Origin: a virus
DNA length: 64,000 nucleotides
Reading direction: 5' to 3' (one strand)
IMG/VR virus record: IMGVR_UViG_3300047494_000229
Location: 10,273 to 74,272 of that record
Below are positions 1 to 9,879 of this stretch, in pieces. The notes beneath the pieces are model-generated. The model was not told the DNA's origin and made no database searches. It worked only from the letters and a program-made list of their open reading frames with translations. Each line of letters starts with the position of its first letter. The stretch's first letter is position 1. A program made the translations under genes and the position numbers.

Positions 1-1093
1 CTTTACGCCGCCAAAAAACATCAATTGAGCAGTAGCGCAGACATTTACGAATATATCTAGCTTCGTGCAATTCAGATATTTCCTCACCAAGCGATCGCCT
101 ATAGGTCAAAATCCAAGCAACACGCAATAGGCGATCACGCTTCTCATCTTCAACAGCAGAATCAATTTGTTGGTAATTTAGTTCTGTCAGTGGTAGGTAT
201 TTTGCAAGTAATTCCCCAGCTTCTTTGGGGTAAGGGTTGGGAGCTTGGGGATACCAAGTACCAAATTCTGGATGCTTGGAGCGATCGCCACAGTTAATCC
301 ACAAATTTTGATGTTGTTTGTGATTGAGCTTTTTTAAAGATAATTCGCAAGTATTCCCGCAATCACAAAATAAACGCCAAGTTGGTTGATTGTATTTATC
401 TTTTTTACCCGTGAGGGCGATCGCTTGCAAGTTTCCAAATCTTTGATTAGATATATCTACTGGGCGGCGTTTATTATCTATCAGACCCAATCGTTTTGCA
501 CACCCGCAAGATATCTGTCCTTTATCTTCAAAACTGTTTCTGGGGCGTTCAATAACTTTTCCGCAGTCACACTGTAATCGCCAAAGCTGAATAGAATAAT
601 TTCTTTTATCAGGTATAGATAGCCCCTTACCCAAAACTACCAATCGCCCAAATCTCTGTCCAGTGCAATCAGGTTTTGCACGTTTTTGGTTATGCTCTAT
701 CCACGTTAGCCGTTTTTGGCAGCCGCAGGAAGGGTTGGGCTTGATTGCAAAATTACATCTAGGTCGTTCAATTACATTCCCGCAGTCGCATTGCAATTTC
801 CAGAGTTGACGATCATCGGGCGATCTACCAGCTTTCCCTAATACCGTCAAATACCCAAATCTTTGTCCTGTGCAATTAGGTTTTGCTCGATTTCTAGCAT
901 TCTCTTGTCTTCGACAACCGCACGAAACATTAGCTCTGTTGACAAAATTTCCCCTGGTTCTTTCGATTACGCTTCCGCACTTGCATTGCAGTTTCCAGAG
1001 TTGGCGGTTATCTGTAGGCGATCGCCCTCTCTTGCCTAGCACTGTTAAATATCCAAATCGCTCTCCTATGCAATCAGGTTTCGCCCTAGTCAT
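1..1093 (-). CDS. Partial ORF (runs off the left edge) with four tandem GxRFGxLxV...WxLxCxCG...SCGC Cys-rich modules, as in phage HNH/AP2 proteins
   Basis: Manual translation from ATG at 1093 (MTRAKPDCIGERFGYLTVLGK...) has no stop through base 1; absent from the ORF track. Confidence 0.75.
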   Translation of the reverse strand, partial: MTRAKPDCIGERFGYLTVLGKRGRSPTDNRQLWKLQCKCGSVIERTRGNFVNRANVSCGCRRQENARNRAKPNCTGQRFGYLTVLGKAGRSPDDRQLWKLQCDCGNVIERPRCNFAIKPNPSCGCQKRLTWIEHNQKRAKPDCTGQRFGRLVVLGKGLSIPDKRNYSIQLWRLQCDCGKVIERPRNSFEDKGQISCGCAKRLGLIDNKRRPVDISNQRFGNLQAIALTGKKDKYNQPTWRLFCDCGNTCELSLKKLNHKQHQNLWINCGDRSKHPEFGTWYPQAPNPYPKEAGELLAKYLPLTELNYQQIDSAVEDEKRDRLLRVAWILTYRRSLGEEISELHEARYIRKCLRYCSIDVFWRRK

Positions 1094-1418
1094 TTTCTAC
1101 GAAATTTAGAACTTCAAAATCAAAATGCAATCCGCAAACTCTTACGCCGCCTGGGATAAAAGCCATAATTGCTAGCGCTTTGACTAACACAAACAAAGCT
1201 TTTTTGAAAGTCGCCTCATCCTTTGGATAAAGCAGTAATACGTCAGCGCGACTCATCAGTCCCATTGGATAGTCGGGGTTATCATCGTCTTCGTGCTTTA
1301 TCCACTTCCACTCTTCGGCGCTTACGCCGCCCCTTTGAGCAATGTGCTTGATAAATCTTGGGACATTGTAATGGAGGAGTGTTTTTATTTGCTCATACCA
1401 TTTTTGATCGGAGTTCAT
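1086..1418 (-). CDS. Hypothetical phage protein
   Basis: 110-aa ORF overlapping the start of the next gene. Confidence 0.6.
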   Translation of the reverse strand: MNSDQKWYEQIKTLLHYNVPRFIKHIAQRGGVSAEEWKWIKHEDDDNPDYPMGLMSRADVLLLYPKDEATFKKALFVLVKALAIMAFIPGGVRVCGLHFDFEVLNFVEND

Positions 1419-1422
1419 AACA

Positions 1423-1466
1423 GTCCATTTTGTAAACCTGTCAAGAGTAAGATTAACATAGTGGAC
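1423..1466. other. Candidate attP site for the serine integrase
   Basis: 44-bp imperfect inverted repeat (GTCCATTTTGTAAACCT ... AGATTAACATAGTGGAC, 13/17 matches) just upstream of the integrase. Confidence 0.4.
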
Positions 1467-1477
1467 ACAAACAAACT

Positions 1478-2842
1478 ATGAAAATCGGTTACGTCAGAGT
1501 TTCAACAAGAGAGCAGGATGAGGGCAACGCCCTAGAGCAACAGACATCACGGGTCGAAAAGGCTGGTGCTGTTCTTATATTCTCAGATGTTGAGTCTGGG
1601 CGATCCGAAAAAAGGAAAGAATTCAATAAAATGCTTGCTTTATGTAAGCAAGGTAAAATAAATGAAATAATTGTTACGCGTATTGATCGGCTGGGACGTA
1701 GTGTAGTTGGAATCCACAAGGCGATCGCTACCTTTGAACAGCACAAAGTCAAGCTAACAATATTAGATGCCCCAGTCGATCCATCGTCACCGTTTGGCTG
1801 GTTTTCAATTAACCAAATGGCTGGACTAGCAGAATTTGAATCTAGGCTATTGTCCAACAGGATTAAGAATGGGCTAATTTATTTCCGGGAGCAAAAAAAA
1901 GCTTCATCACGTCCGCCTTTTGGATATTGTCGAGTAAATGAAAAATACGAGCCGGACATGAACTTGCACTTGGAAAAAAGCAAATGGGCAATCGCATCTG
2001 AATTTATTGAATATTTTTTAAGTGAAAGCACTACACTCAGAAGCACATCTCAATACATATTAAAAACTTTTGACATTTCATGGACGGCAGCAGGATTAAG
2101 ATATTGGCTACTAAACCCAGTGTTGCAAGGACACACGGTTTATGGTGTTAAAAACAACCTAAGTAACCCGGAGAATTGGGATATTTATGAAAATACTCAT
2201 GAACCTCTAATTGATAAAAATAAACTTAAATTAATACAGAAAAAACTTGAAGAAAATCGACACAAATATAGTTATGGCAATGGTAAAAAAGGGTCTGAAT
2301 TATTACCTTTAGCTGGACAGATTATTTGTGGTGATTGCGGGTATAAGTGCTTTTGTAAAAAATCAAAGTATTTAACTTACAGAATTAGATGCAAAAAGCA
2401 CGAAAATCTAGGAAAAGACTTTTGCAAGAACAGTAACAGCACTTATTTACCAGATGTCATCAAGGCAATAGATAGCGCCTTAATAGAGCGTTACAAGGAA
2501 ATTCAAAAATATATAGCCGATAGTCTAGAGGCGAAGCAACAAGATAGCCTTGATGTGCTTGAAAGAACAGAACAATTAAAAATGCTTAAATCATTACCAA
2601 AAAATTCCATCATTCAAAATGCAATTGATCAAACAATATTAGAAATACAAATCTTAAAGCAAGAAGAAATAACTGTAAAGCAAGTAAATAATGAGTTATT
2701 TGATATTCTTTCTTCTTCTTTTAGTAATATTTGCTACTGGAGTGAAATTGACTGGAAAGACAAGCGGTCGATTTATAAGGAGTTAGTCGCTTACGTAAAA
2801 GTCTTAAATGGAGAAATACTAGAAATCAAGCTACGGGTTTGA
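1478..2842 (+). CDS. Large serine recombinase/integrase, XisF-like
   Basis: GYVRVST catalytic motif, DVESG, RIDRLGR, PPFGY recombinase domain, CGDCG Zn ribbon, C-terminal coiled coil. Confidence 0.93.
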   Translation: MKIGYVRVSTREQDEGNALEQQTSRVEKAGAVLIFSDVESGRSEKRKEFNKMLALCKQGKINEIIVTRIDRLGRSVVGIHKAIATFEQHKVKLTILDAPVDPSSPFGWFSINQMAGLAEFESRLLSNRIKNGLIYFREQKKASSRPPFGYCRVNEKYEPDMNLHLEKSKWAIASEFIEYFLSESTTLRSTSQYILKTFDISWTAAGLRYWLLNPVLQGHTVYGVKNNLSNPENWDIYENTHEPLIDKNKLKLIQKKLEENRHKYSYGNGKKGSELLPLAGQIICGDCGYKCFCKKSKYLTYRIRCKKHENLGKDFCKNSNSTYLPDVIKAIDSALIERYKEIQKYIADSLEAKQQDSLDVLERTEQLKMLKSLPKNSIIQNAIDQTILEIQILKQEEITVKQVNNELFDILSSSFSNICYWSEIDWKDKRSIYKELVAYVKVLNGEILEIKLRV

Positions 2843-2987
2843 CAGATTTTACAAGCTTTTGAAATTCAAGCCTGAACTCTTTTTCTGGCATACGCATAAG
2901 CCATTTTCTCGTGTTTGAGTCTAAGTGACTAATCTCGTGCCACCTTTGGGCAGTACGAAGTAATACTTCTGATGCTGTTTCTGTCAT
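2826..2987 (-). CDS. 53-aa protein convergent on the integrase; possible recombination directionality factor
   Basis: Manual translation MTETASEVLLRTAQRWHEISH...KPVA; function inferred from position only. Confidence 0.35.
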   Translation of the reverse strand: MTETASEVLLRTAQRWHEISHLDSNTRKWLMRMPEKEFRLEFQKLVKSVKPVA

Positions 2988-3113
2988 TTTAGGCTAATGG
3001 GTTATCAACGTCATTTAAATCGAAAATTCAAATATTTTCTGCTTGAAATAAACTTTTACCTCAAGCAATTCTTACTACTAATTAGATAAAATAATCCAAA
3101 GGATTTTTAGGTA

Positions 3114-3587
3114 TCACAAACTTAAAAGCCTTTGCCATTTGGCATCGGTATCATGACCATCCCATTTACCCTCGTAAGTTGATAAAAACGCGAACAAGGG
3201 CAATTCACTATCATGGATGTGGAAACTGATTTGACCTGTGAGTAAGTCTACAAAAACGATATTTCTCCAATCGTCGTCCCAGTTTTCACCCTTGTGCTGA
3301 CCAATTCCAGCCGTAAAACCAGAGGCGATCGCCATTCGACAAAATGCCGCCAGCATTTGATTGCGTTCTGAGTAGGCAAGATTTTTACTTTCAATCGCAC
3401 TCTTGGCTTTGAATGCATCCAAGGTATTCAAATTGCTGGTAATACCGATCGCCCCTTGCGACATCCTTAATCGGTAAGAGGCGATCGCTTCTACATCTTC
3501 ACTTGCTTGAATATAAACGGCATCACCTTGACACCAATAACCACCGTTGCCATGCATCACCTGAATTTGCTCTACAGTAAAATTCAT
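3114..3587 (-). CDS. Phage protein with C-terminal WDGH-type domain
   Basis: YSERN...W.IVFVDLLTGQISFH...WDGHD pattern. Confidence 0.55.
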   Translation of the reverse strand: MNFTVEQIQVMHGNGGYWCQGDAVYIQASEDVEAIASYRLRMSQGAIGITSNLNTLDAFKAKSAIESKNLAYSERNQMLAAFCRMAIASGFTAGIGQHKGENWDDDWRNIVFVDLLTGQISFHIHDSELPLFAFLSTYEGKWDGHDTDAKWQRLLSL

Positions 3588-3624
3588 CTAAACCTCCACA
3601 AGATTTCTAGTAAAACTGAGTAAT

Positions 3625-4269
3625 TTATGCTGGCAACAATTTCATTGCGTCTGCTTTCATTTGTTCCAGAGAGGCGATCGCCTTTTCTCCCTCAATAGCA
3701 GCCGCCTCATAAAGTATCGGGTAGCCACTATCTATAGATTTCAACACTTCCTCACGCGTTGCTTCTCTCCCTTCCCTAAACCACTTGATTTGTAGCGGAT
3801 CTCCCAATTTAAATATCAGCCCGTTCTCAACTTTCCAAATGTCGTATTTATTTGTAACCCAGAGACAAATTGCGCCAGGTTGACGGGCGATCACTATTCC
3901 TCCCGGCTCTTTTATCCCATCGGGGAGGTTAGTTTCACGCCTATACTCTTGCCTTTGAGCTAAAAAAGGACAGGCTTTGATTGACCACTCGGCGCACTCT
4001 GTATGTGACGGTGGCTCGGAAATGGTGCGATTTATACAGCACATAGGGCCAATTGGGAAAGCTAAGTAAGCACCCAGCCGTTGCCCACAAATCCAACATG
4101 ATTTTCGTCTAATAGCCGATTCAAGTTTTCCTGGGCCAATTAATCGAAAATCATAAACTCCTTCACTAACCTCAGCTACGAACCAAGGGACTGGAAAACC
4201 GTTTTGGATTGGGAGCGATCGCAACCTTTGGGGAACTGGTTGTGGTAAGTCGTTTCTGTATTTATTCAT
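3625..4269 (-). CDS. Conserved Cys-rich phage protein
   Basis: VPWFV, CWICG, EPPSHxEC, CPFL motifs. Confidence 0.65.
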   Translation of the reverse strand: MNKYRNDLPQPVPQRLRSLPIQNGFPVPWFVAEVSEGVYDFRLIGPGKLESAIRRKSCWICGQRLGAYLAFPIGPMCCINRTISEPPSHTECAEWSIKACPFLAQRQEYRRETNLPDGIKEPGGIVIARQPGAICLWVTNKYDIWKVENGLIFKLGDPLQIKWFREGREATREEVLKSIDSGYPILYEAAAIEGEKAIASLEQMKADAMKLLPA

Positions 4270-4270
4270 G

Positions 4271-4513
4271 CTACTTTAATTCTCCAATTAACTCTTTTAA
4301 AGCATCCCGATCAATTAAGGCTATTAATCCCCTAGTTGCTGAATGCGGCGGATTAGTAAAAAACTCTTTTAAATCTTGACGGTCAATTAAATAACCACGT
4401 TGCTTTTTTGGGGTAGCCTTTAACCATTTGCAACCGATCCATCGGTTAATTGTGCCGCGCTTAATACCTGAAGCCTTTGATAGCTCCTTAATTGTATAAT
4501 CTCTTTGCTTCAT
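4271..4513 (-). CDS. Excisionase-like HTH DNA-binding protein
   Basis: YTIKELSKASGIKRGTINRWI...LKA...GYLI. Confidence 0.7.
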   Translation of the reverse strand: MKQRDYTIKELSKASGIKRGTINRWIGCKWLKATPKKQRGYLIDRQDLKEFFTNPPHSATRGLIALIDRDALKELIGELK

Positions 4514-4931
4514 AAGCTTCCTCTAATCTTTGCCATTTATTGATATCAATTCCATACACTTTTTTAAATTGTTTTGCTACTTTTTGTTGCCACTCTTCAA
4601 AAACGCTCGGTTCGGGGGCGGTTAACTTCCTTGCTGGCTCATCTTCAAATTGATTCACCTCTAATCTGATAATTAGTTCGCCAAATTGAGCGGTGAATAT
4701 AAATACTTGATTGATGTCTTTTTGAATAAACTCCGGGTCGTGTAATTTATTCCAGAGTTGAGCGATCGCCCATTGCCGTTCCATATTGCTATTTTTAAGT
4801 CTGGGTACTTCCAGTATCATGGTTTCGATTAGTTCTTCTTGTTCTCCTGTGTCATCGCTTGGGGGGCGATGTTTTAATTCGCAGTAGAACGATCGCATGG
4901 GGACGTTGATTTGTTTAAACATCGTTTTCAT
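4488..4931 (-). CDS. Hypothetical phage protein
   Basis: ORF in a tightly overlapping operon. Confidence 0.55.
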   Translation of the reverse strand: MKTMFKQINVPMRSFYCELKHRPPSDDTGEQEELIETMILEVPRLKNSNMERQWAIAQLWNKLHDPEFIQKDINQVFIFTAQFGELIIRLEVNQFEDEPARKLTAPEPSVFEEWQQKVAKQFKKVYGIDINKWQRLEEAYEAKRLYN

Positions 4932-5217
4932 TGATTAACTTTTCAGCTTCAATCATTGGCCAATCTGGATTCTCACCTGGGCATTTTGTACGATCGCAGG
5001 CGTATCCGAAAGCAGTTATCCATCCACTACCGACTGGACCACTAAGATTGACTAACCAATGTGGACGCACTTTGACTCCACAACCACCACAACGAGTCCC
5101 GCCCCATGTTTCCATTGACCAAAGCATGTTGCTTTGGATCTTCTTAAGGGCGATCACATCTAGCAAATTTTTCCTTTGCTGTCTCTCGCGGCGGCGTTTT
5201 CTAATTGAGATGTTCAT
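4915..5217 (-). CDS. Small putative Zn-binding protein (likely start MNISIRK at 5217)
   Basis: CGGC...CDRTKC; the internal ATG fits operon packing. Confidence 0.5.
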   Translation of the reverse strand: MNISIRKRRRERQQRKNLLDVIALKKIQSNMLWSMETWGGTRCGGCGVKVRPHWLVNLSGPVGSGWITAFGYACDRTKCPGENPDWPMIEAEKLINENDV

Positions 5218-5776
5218 GCAATGCCCCTTTGCTTTCATTAGGAAAGAAATAGGCGATCGCCGCGGCTTTGTCAGCCAAACAATAACTAACAAAATCTGGG
5301 CGATCGCTATACCAATGAGCCTCATAGTAAGAGCCAGGAAATTTGAAAGAAGCATAAGCTCTATCAGTCCCGACCATGACAAACAATTTAGTAATATCGG
5401 GGTAATTTGTAGTTAAAAACTTTGCCCATTTCTCCTTTTCTCGCCTATTTCGTTCCCTCTCCTGTGACGCACTATCACGGCAATCTTGGCAGCAAAATAT
5501 CCAATTATTTTCAAAAACTGGCTCAATAGCCTCATCTTCTTCATAATCCCAGCAATCCGAATCAATTTTTTTGTAGCAGTTTTGGCATTCAAACCACCAG
5601 CCATCATTTAAAAGCACTTGTTTGGGCACATATCCAATGCTGGAGTATTGGTCATACTGCGATCGCCTCTCTACTGTTTCCCACTCTTCGCTTAATCCGT
5701 AAGCACTAGAAAGAAACAGTATTTGTCCTTCGCCTTCGTTGTCTACGTAATACGCTTTTACAGAGAGATTATTCAC
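5201..5776 (-). CDS. Phage Zn-finger protein
   Basis: GWWFECQNC...FCCQDC. Confidence 0.6.
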   Translation of the reverse strand: MNNLSVKAYYVDNEGEGQILFLSSAYGLSEEWETVERRSQYDQYSSIGYVPKQVLLNDGWWFECQNCYKKIDSDCWDYEEDEAIEPVFENNWIFCCQDCRDSASQERERNRREKEKWAKFLTTNYPDITKLFVMVGTDRAYASFKFPGSYYEAHWYSDRPDFVSYCLADKAAAIAYFFPNESKGALHEHLN

Positions 5777-5841
5777 GCGATCACCTCAAAATAAAGTTAA
5801 TTGAATCAAGCTAGCCCAAGGTTGCCAGAGGGTAATCATTT

Positions 5842-6393
5842 TCATGATTTTTTAGGAATAGACATTTTATTTTTCAGTTCTTCCATTCGACGTTTAAGTG
5901 ATTCTGGAGGTGGAGAAATAACAAATTCTTCTTTAGCCTCCGCTTTTTCAGATGTTGCTGGCGGCAAACTGCGGGCGTCATTGTCAGAGCATTGGCAGTA
6001 AACCGCTATAAAATTTTTCTCTAATTTTTCTCGTGGTCTTTCTTCGGACAACGCGATCACTCGTAGCCCACCAACCGCTTGTAACGCTACTTTACCTCTG
6101 GTTGATAAATAGGCGATCGCTTCTTCTCTGCCTGCGGCCGCAGTAACTACAGATTGCCACTCTCTGATTGCCTGAGCTTCTTTGTTCCCCTTGATTTTTT
6201 CTACAAACTCGCCGGCTGTCGGGAAAAACCGCGAGTGCAAGATAACCTCTTTAACTGCTTGCTCAAACTCGTCTGTCGTTAACTCTGCATTTAGATATTC
6301 AGCCCAAACGCTCATTACTTCTGGCAATAAGTCTTTTTGAAAATGCTTGGCTATCAGCAAAAGCTTAGTAGTCAAAACTTTTTGGTCAATCAT
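5842..6393 (-). CDS. Replication-associated protein (DUF6475/helicase-loader-inhibitor-like)
   Basis: W...L...F..AV......FFPT.GEF and AVGGL motifs; directly follows the initiator. Confidence 0.6.
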   Translation of the reverse strand: MIDQKVLTTKLLLIAKHFQKDLLPEVMSVWAEYLNAELTTDEFEQAVKEVILHSRFFPTAGEFVEKIKGNKEAQAIREWQSVVTAAAGREEAIAYLSTRGKVALQAVGGLRVIALSEERPREKLEKNFIAVYCQCSDNDARSLPPATSEKAEAKEEFVISPPPESLKRRMEELKNKMSIPKKS

Positions 6394-7556
6394 ATTCGGC
6401 CCAGTCCTTTCAGGATTGCAATGTGGTTCGGGTCTGTGATGCGATCGCCCGTGTCAGGGTCTATTACTCCGATCTCTCCGGTGTTCGTGTTGTAATTAGC
6501 GTCAGGATTAATTGCTCTGTAACTATCAGACAATTGTTGAATCCTGCCAGAAACAAGCAACCCATCTATGCAACGACTTGAATAAGTCTCACGCCACCAG
6601 CGATCGTGCTGGACAAAACACAAGGCTTCTTGCATTGTTTGGGCAGTGCGATCGCCTAACTCCTGATAAAGCCGTTTAAAGGCACGAAACCTTTTATCAT
6701 TGAGGCTTTTGCACTCTGCCCAAGTAGTGGGCTTTACTTGGTTGTATATAGCCCGCAATGGCTCAAAAAATTCTACATCTTGTTTTGGTTTTTTCGCGGA
6801 CGGCGGAACATTAGCCACCGAAACAATAATTTTGGTTAAAGCGATTGGTTCTATTTTGCTAGGTGGCAAAGCGAGAGTACCTGCATTCTCCTCTCCCCCC
6901 TCCGAAATTTTTAATTCTGAAATTGGTTCGTTTCCCCCGTTGGGGGTAAGGGGGTATTCTTCTTTGTTTGTATTCTTTGTGTTTTCTTTGTATATGAATG
7001 TAGATTCCCTTTGGTCAGTTACGTAACTGCCCTTTGGTAAGTTACAGGTTTCCCGATGGTCATTTACTGTAACTGACTTTTGGGCAGTTACGGGAGAATC
7101 CAGACTAGATGGGCGCTTGCCTTGTCTTGGTGGTGACAGCTTGATTAGTTCTTCAATCAACGCGTCTACTTTCTCATGGTTGCGGAAGTACCATGTCAAA
7201 CCTTTTTGCTTGTCGTGATAACTACAATAGAATTTTTCTTCCCCACTTTCATCAATGAATGGGTTCGTAGACTGCATATAAGCTGTTTTGGAGCTATGAC
7301 GAACGCCTATATGGCCAAATGCACAGCGAAATTCTTTTTCACTAAAGCCTAGTTCTTCAGTCCAGCTGTCACCCTCCCTATAATCTGGATGTTCTGGAAC
7401 TGGTGAAAGGAATTTGTACAACCCATCGGGATATTTAGTAAAACGAAAATCAAGCTGCTGTATCAAAATGGTTGCAGTGACACTACCTGTGTATTGTCTT
7501 AAACTCTTTTTGTAGGGTATGCCTTCTTTGAAGTCAGCAAGATAGTTGTATTTCAT
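6390..7556 (-). CDS. Phage replication initiator protein
   Basis: N-terminal YKF...GDSWTEELGFS domain, low-complexity linker ending ENTKNTNKEEYPLTP, C-terminal DnaD-like region. Confidence 0.7.
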   Translation of the reverse strand: MKYNYLADFKEGIPYKKSLRQYTGSVTATILIQQLDFRFTKYPDGLYKFLSPVPEHPDYREGDSWTEELGFSEKEFRCAFGHIGVRHSSKTAYMQSTNPFIDESGEEKFYCSYHDKQKGLTWYFRNHEKVDALIEELIKLSPPRQGKRPSSLDSPVTAQKSVTVNDHRETCNLPKGSYVTDQRESTFIYKENTKNTNKEEYPLTPNGGNEPISELKISEGGEENAGTLALPPSKIEPIALTKIIVSVANVPPSAKKPKQDVEFFEPLRAIYNQVKPTTWAECKSLNDKRFRAFKRLYQELGDRTAQTMQEALCFVQHDRWWRETYSSRCIDGLLVSGRIQQLSDSYRAINPDANYNTNTGEIGVIDPDTGDRITDPNHIAILKGLGRI

Positions 7557-8320
7557 GCTTCACTCCTAGTAGGCAAAAAAGCCACAATACCAACCCTGTT
7601 TTTGTAAGCCGTGGTATATCCATGAAACGTTTTGATTGATGCCGATATTGCCGTTTTTATAAGTACAGTATCTTCAATGCCTGCATCAAGCATTTCAAAA
7701 ACTACACCTATCAGACTCAAAAGATAGTTACTGGCATTGCATATATCATCAACGCTATTACAAGCTGAAAAAATCTCATAGACCCATTTTATGGGAATTG
7801 TATCTAATGGCATCCCTGTTGTTTGGAGTATATCTTCGGCAAATTCTATAGTGCCTCCTGCCGCGCAACCTTTATGTCCATTCAATTCAATAGACGATTT
7901 AAATGTGAACCATTCACCGTAGACACGATCCGACTTGAAGTATATATGTAGTTTTTTTTCATCTGTGATCGCATCCGGTGTCCAGAAGCATTCAACAATC
8001 TGTAGCGGGTATGGTGATTGCTTCTTAAGAGTTTCCAGCCTTACTGGCGGGTTTACACTACGCCCAATCTTGTATCTATCCGTTCCTACAGCGTGAATCA
8101 AGTAAACATATCCTTGATTAGCACGATAGCGCCGAAGGACATCTTCGGTTAAAATCATGTGTATCGCTCCTGTCTGTGTTAAGAACTTCAGGTGTGTAAC
8201 TCCCTCACGGTCGTCAGAAAACTGTGGGGGAATTTTTATGTCTATACCATTATCACATTTAAACTTAGAAAAAGCCAGTTTATTTATGTTATCATTAATC
8301 ATGTATGTACCTGATTTCAC
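7553..8320 (-). CDS. GIY-YIG (T5orf172/MUG113-type) domain protein
   Basis: GYVYLI...YKIGRS..P..RL..L...E..LH..F...RV.GEWF. Confidence 0.85.
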   Translation of the reverse strand: MKSGTYMINDNINKLAFSKFKCDNGIDIKIPPQFSDDREGVTHLKFLTQTGAIHMILTEDVLRRYRANQGYVYLIHAVGTDRYKIGRSVNPPVRLETLKKQSPYPLQIVECFWTPDAITDEKKLHIYFKSDRVYGEWFTFKSSIELNGHKGCAAGGTIEFAEDILQTTGMPLDTIPIKWVYEIFSACNSVDDICNASNYLLSLIGVVFEMLDAGIEDTVLIKTAISASIKTFHGYTTAYKNRVGIVAFLPTRSEA

Positions 8321-8400
8321 GAATTAATCTGTTGATTTTGTAACCGCATTTAATAACGACAAATGCGGTTATTTTGTGCTTTTTTAAAACTGCTGGCATA

Positions 8401-9018
8401 TTAACCTCCTAAATAAGTAATCGCGCTACCAAGACCCGGACGGACATCAAAGACCGCATCATAAATTTGCCGCTTTGTCTGCGGTATCCCACTGGCATCT
8501 AAATAAGCCACACGCCCCATAATTCGATACTCGTGATGAATATGAGCATCTAGATTTTTCCACATAGTCCCTCGCTCAACTGAGCAGTTCCAATCAATCG
8601 GAAGTAGGAACAAAATTCGAGATTCCGGATTGCTGGGATTTAGTAGAGTAAGCGATCGCCTAACGAATTCCACGCACAAACTAAACGGCGGGTTCCCAAT
8701 AATTAAATCGAAATTACCAAGAATCTGATCGTGAAGAAAATCAGCGTGTAACCAGTAGTGATGAGGGCGTAGTAGGGAGCAGCCATAAGTGTAGCGATCG
8801 CGGTTAAGTTCAACGCAAAATACTTCCCTATCTTCTTGCTCTGGAAGATATTTTACGATTTGACCCTTTCCCGCGCTGGGTTCTAGGATACGGCGATCGA
8901 CTGGTCTGACTAATTTCGCCATCAATGAGGCAATCTCATTCGGTGTTTGCCAATCATCCGAACACCATTCGATTTGTGTTTCGGGAAATAAACTTAACTG
9001 CTGCATCTTGTTCCCCAA
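8401..9018 (-). CDS. Amino (N6-adenine/N4-cytosine) DNA methyltransferase
   Basis: ILEPSAGKG SAM motif and NPPF catalytic motif. Confidence 0.85.
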   Translation of the reverse strand: MGNKMQQLSLFPETQIEWCSDDWQTPNEIASLMAKLVRPVDRRILEPSAGKGQIVKYLPEQEDREVFCVELNRDRYTYGCSLLRPHHYWLHADFLHDQILGNFDLIIGNPPFSLCVEFVRRSLTLLNPSNPESRILFLLPIDWNCSVERGTMWKNLDAHIHHEYRIMGRVAYLDASGIPQTKRQIYDAVFDVRPGLGSAITYLGG

Positions 9019-9245
9019 GGAAGGATTGATTTTGAAGTTTGTAGACGTACAACTCGATAAAATAATGTCGCACTGGGCGGCGTATCTTTGAAATAATGCT
9101 CAATCTTGTTTTCTTTTTCAAGAGAAGCGATCGCCTCCCATAATTCTGGATATCGCTTAATTTGCAGGGCATCTTTCAATTCGCCCGCGTTGCGATCACT
9201 CTTACTTAACTCTCTGATGATTCCATCCCTAATCGATTCTTGCAT
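8994..9245 (-). CDS. Small winged-helix-like protein
   Basis: Helical pattern IIRELS...AGELKDAL...AIASLEKENKIE. Confidence 0.5.
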   Translation of the reverse strand: MQESIRDGIIRELSKSDRNAGELKDALQIKRYPELWEAIASLEKENKIEHYFKDTPPSATLFYRVVRLQTSKSILPWGTRCSS

Positions 9246-9514
9246 TGCTCGTATATGTCAGGGTAAGTTAACTTTTCTTGCCTCAAATCTGAATCAACTT
9301 CTAGCCAACCGATAATAAATTCGGCTCGGACAAATTCAGAGAATAATTTTTCTTGCATTGCGATATGTCCAGCTTTTAAAAGGATTGCTCTGTCGGAATC
9401 ACAATTTGATAAAGCTGTTTGATGTAATGAGTGAAATAATGTGTATGCTTCATCTCTCTGGCTTTGATATCGCCAAAAAGCAAGCATTCTTAGATACTCG
9501 TATTCTGAATTCAC
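9206..9514 (-). CDS. Hypothetical phage protein
   Basis: Operon-packed ORF. Confidence 0.5.
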   Translation of the reverse strand: MNSEYEYLRMLAFWRYQSQRDEAYTLFHSLHQTALSNCDSDRAILLKAGHIAMQEKLFSEFVRAEFIIGWLEVDSDLRQEKLTYPDIYEQCKNRLGMESSES

Positions 9515-9879
9515 ATTGCCCTTTTTAAATACTTACAATCGCCTAATTGGTAAATTTGGCGAGTCACGAAATTTCCCGTCGCTGTATTTACTATCCGGTA
9601 AACTTTACCAATTTCTCCTTCGGTAACTTTGACTCTTCTCCCCTTTAAAATTCGCTGATAGATTAAATCGCTAACTTCAATCTCTGGGGGAGATAAATCG
9701 CGTTTTGTTGGCTCAACCGGAAAATCGGACTGATATAGATGGTTGCTATTTTTAAATTCGCCTGGATGACTTGGTATTTTAGTCGTTTCAATTACCTGGA
9801 AATTTTTCTTGTCTAGCATTTCAACAGGAATTCCCGCAGCAAGGGCGTTTGGGTCAACTTGGTAAATTACGCACCTCAT
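9511..9879 (-). CDS. Hypothetical phage protein
   Basis: Operon-packed ORF. Confidence 0.5.
   Translation of the reverse strand: MRCVIYQVDPNALAAGIPVEMLDKKNFQVIETTKIPSHPGEFKNSNHLYQSDFPVEPTKRDLSPPEIEVSDLIYQRILKGRRVKVTEGEIGKVYRIVNTATGNFVTRQIYQLGDCKYLKRAM

Noticed and set aside
386-1109. Plus-strand ORFs 386-577 and 870-1109, and similar short antisense ORFs elsewhere in the track
   Set aside because: They are shadows of longer motif-bearing ORFs on the opposite strand
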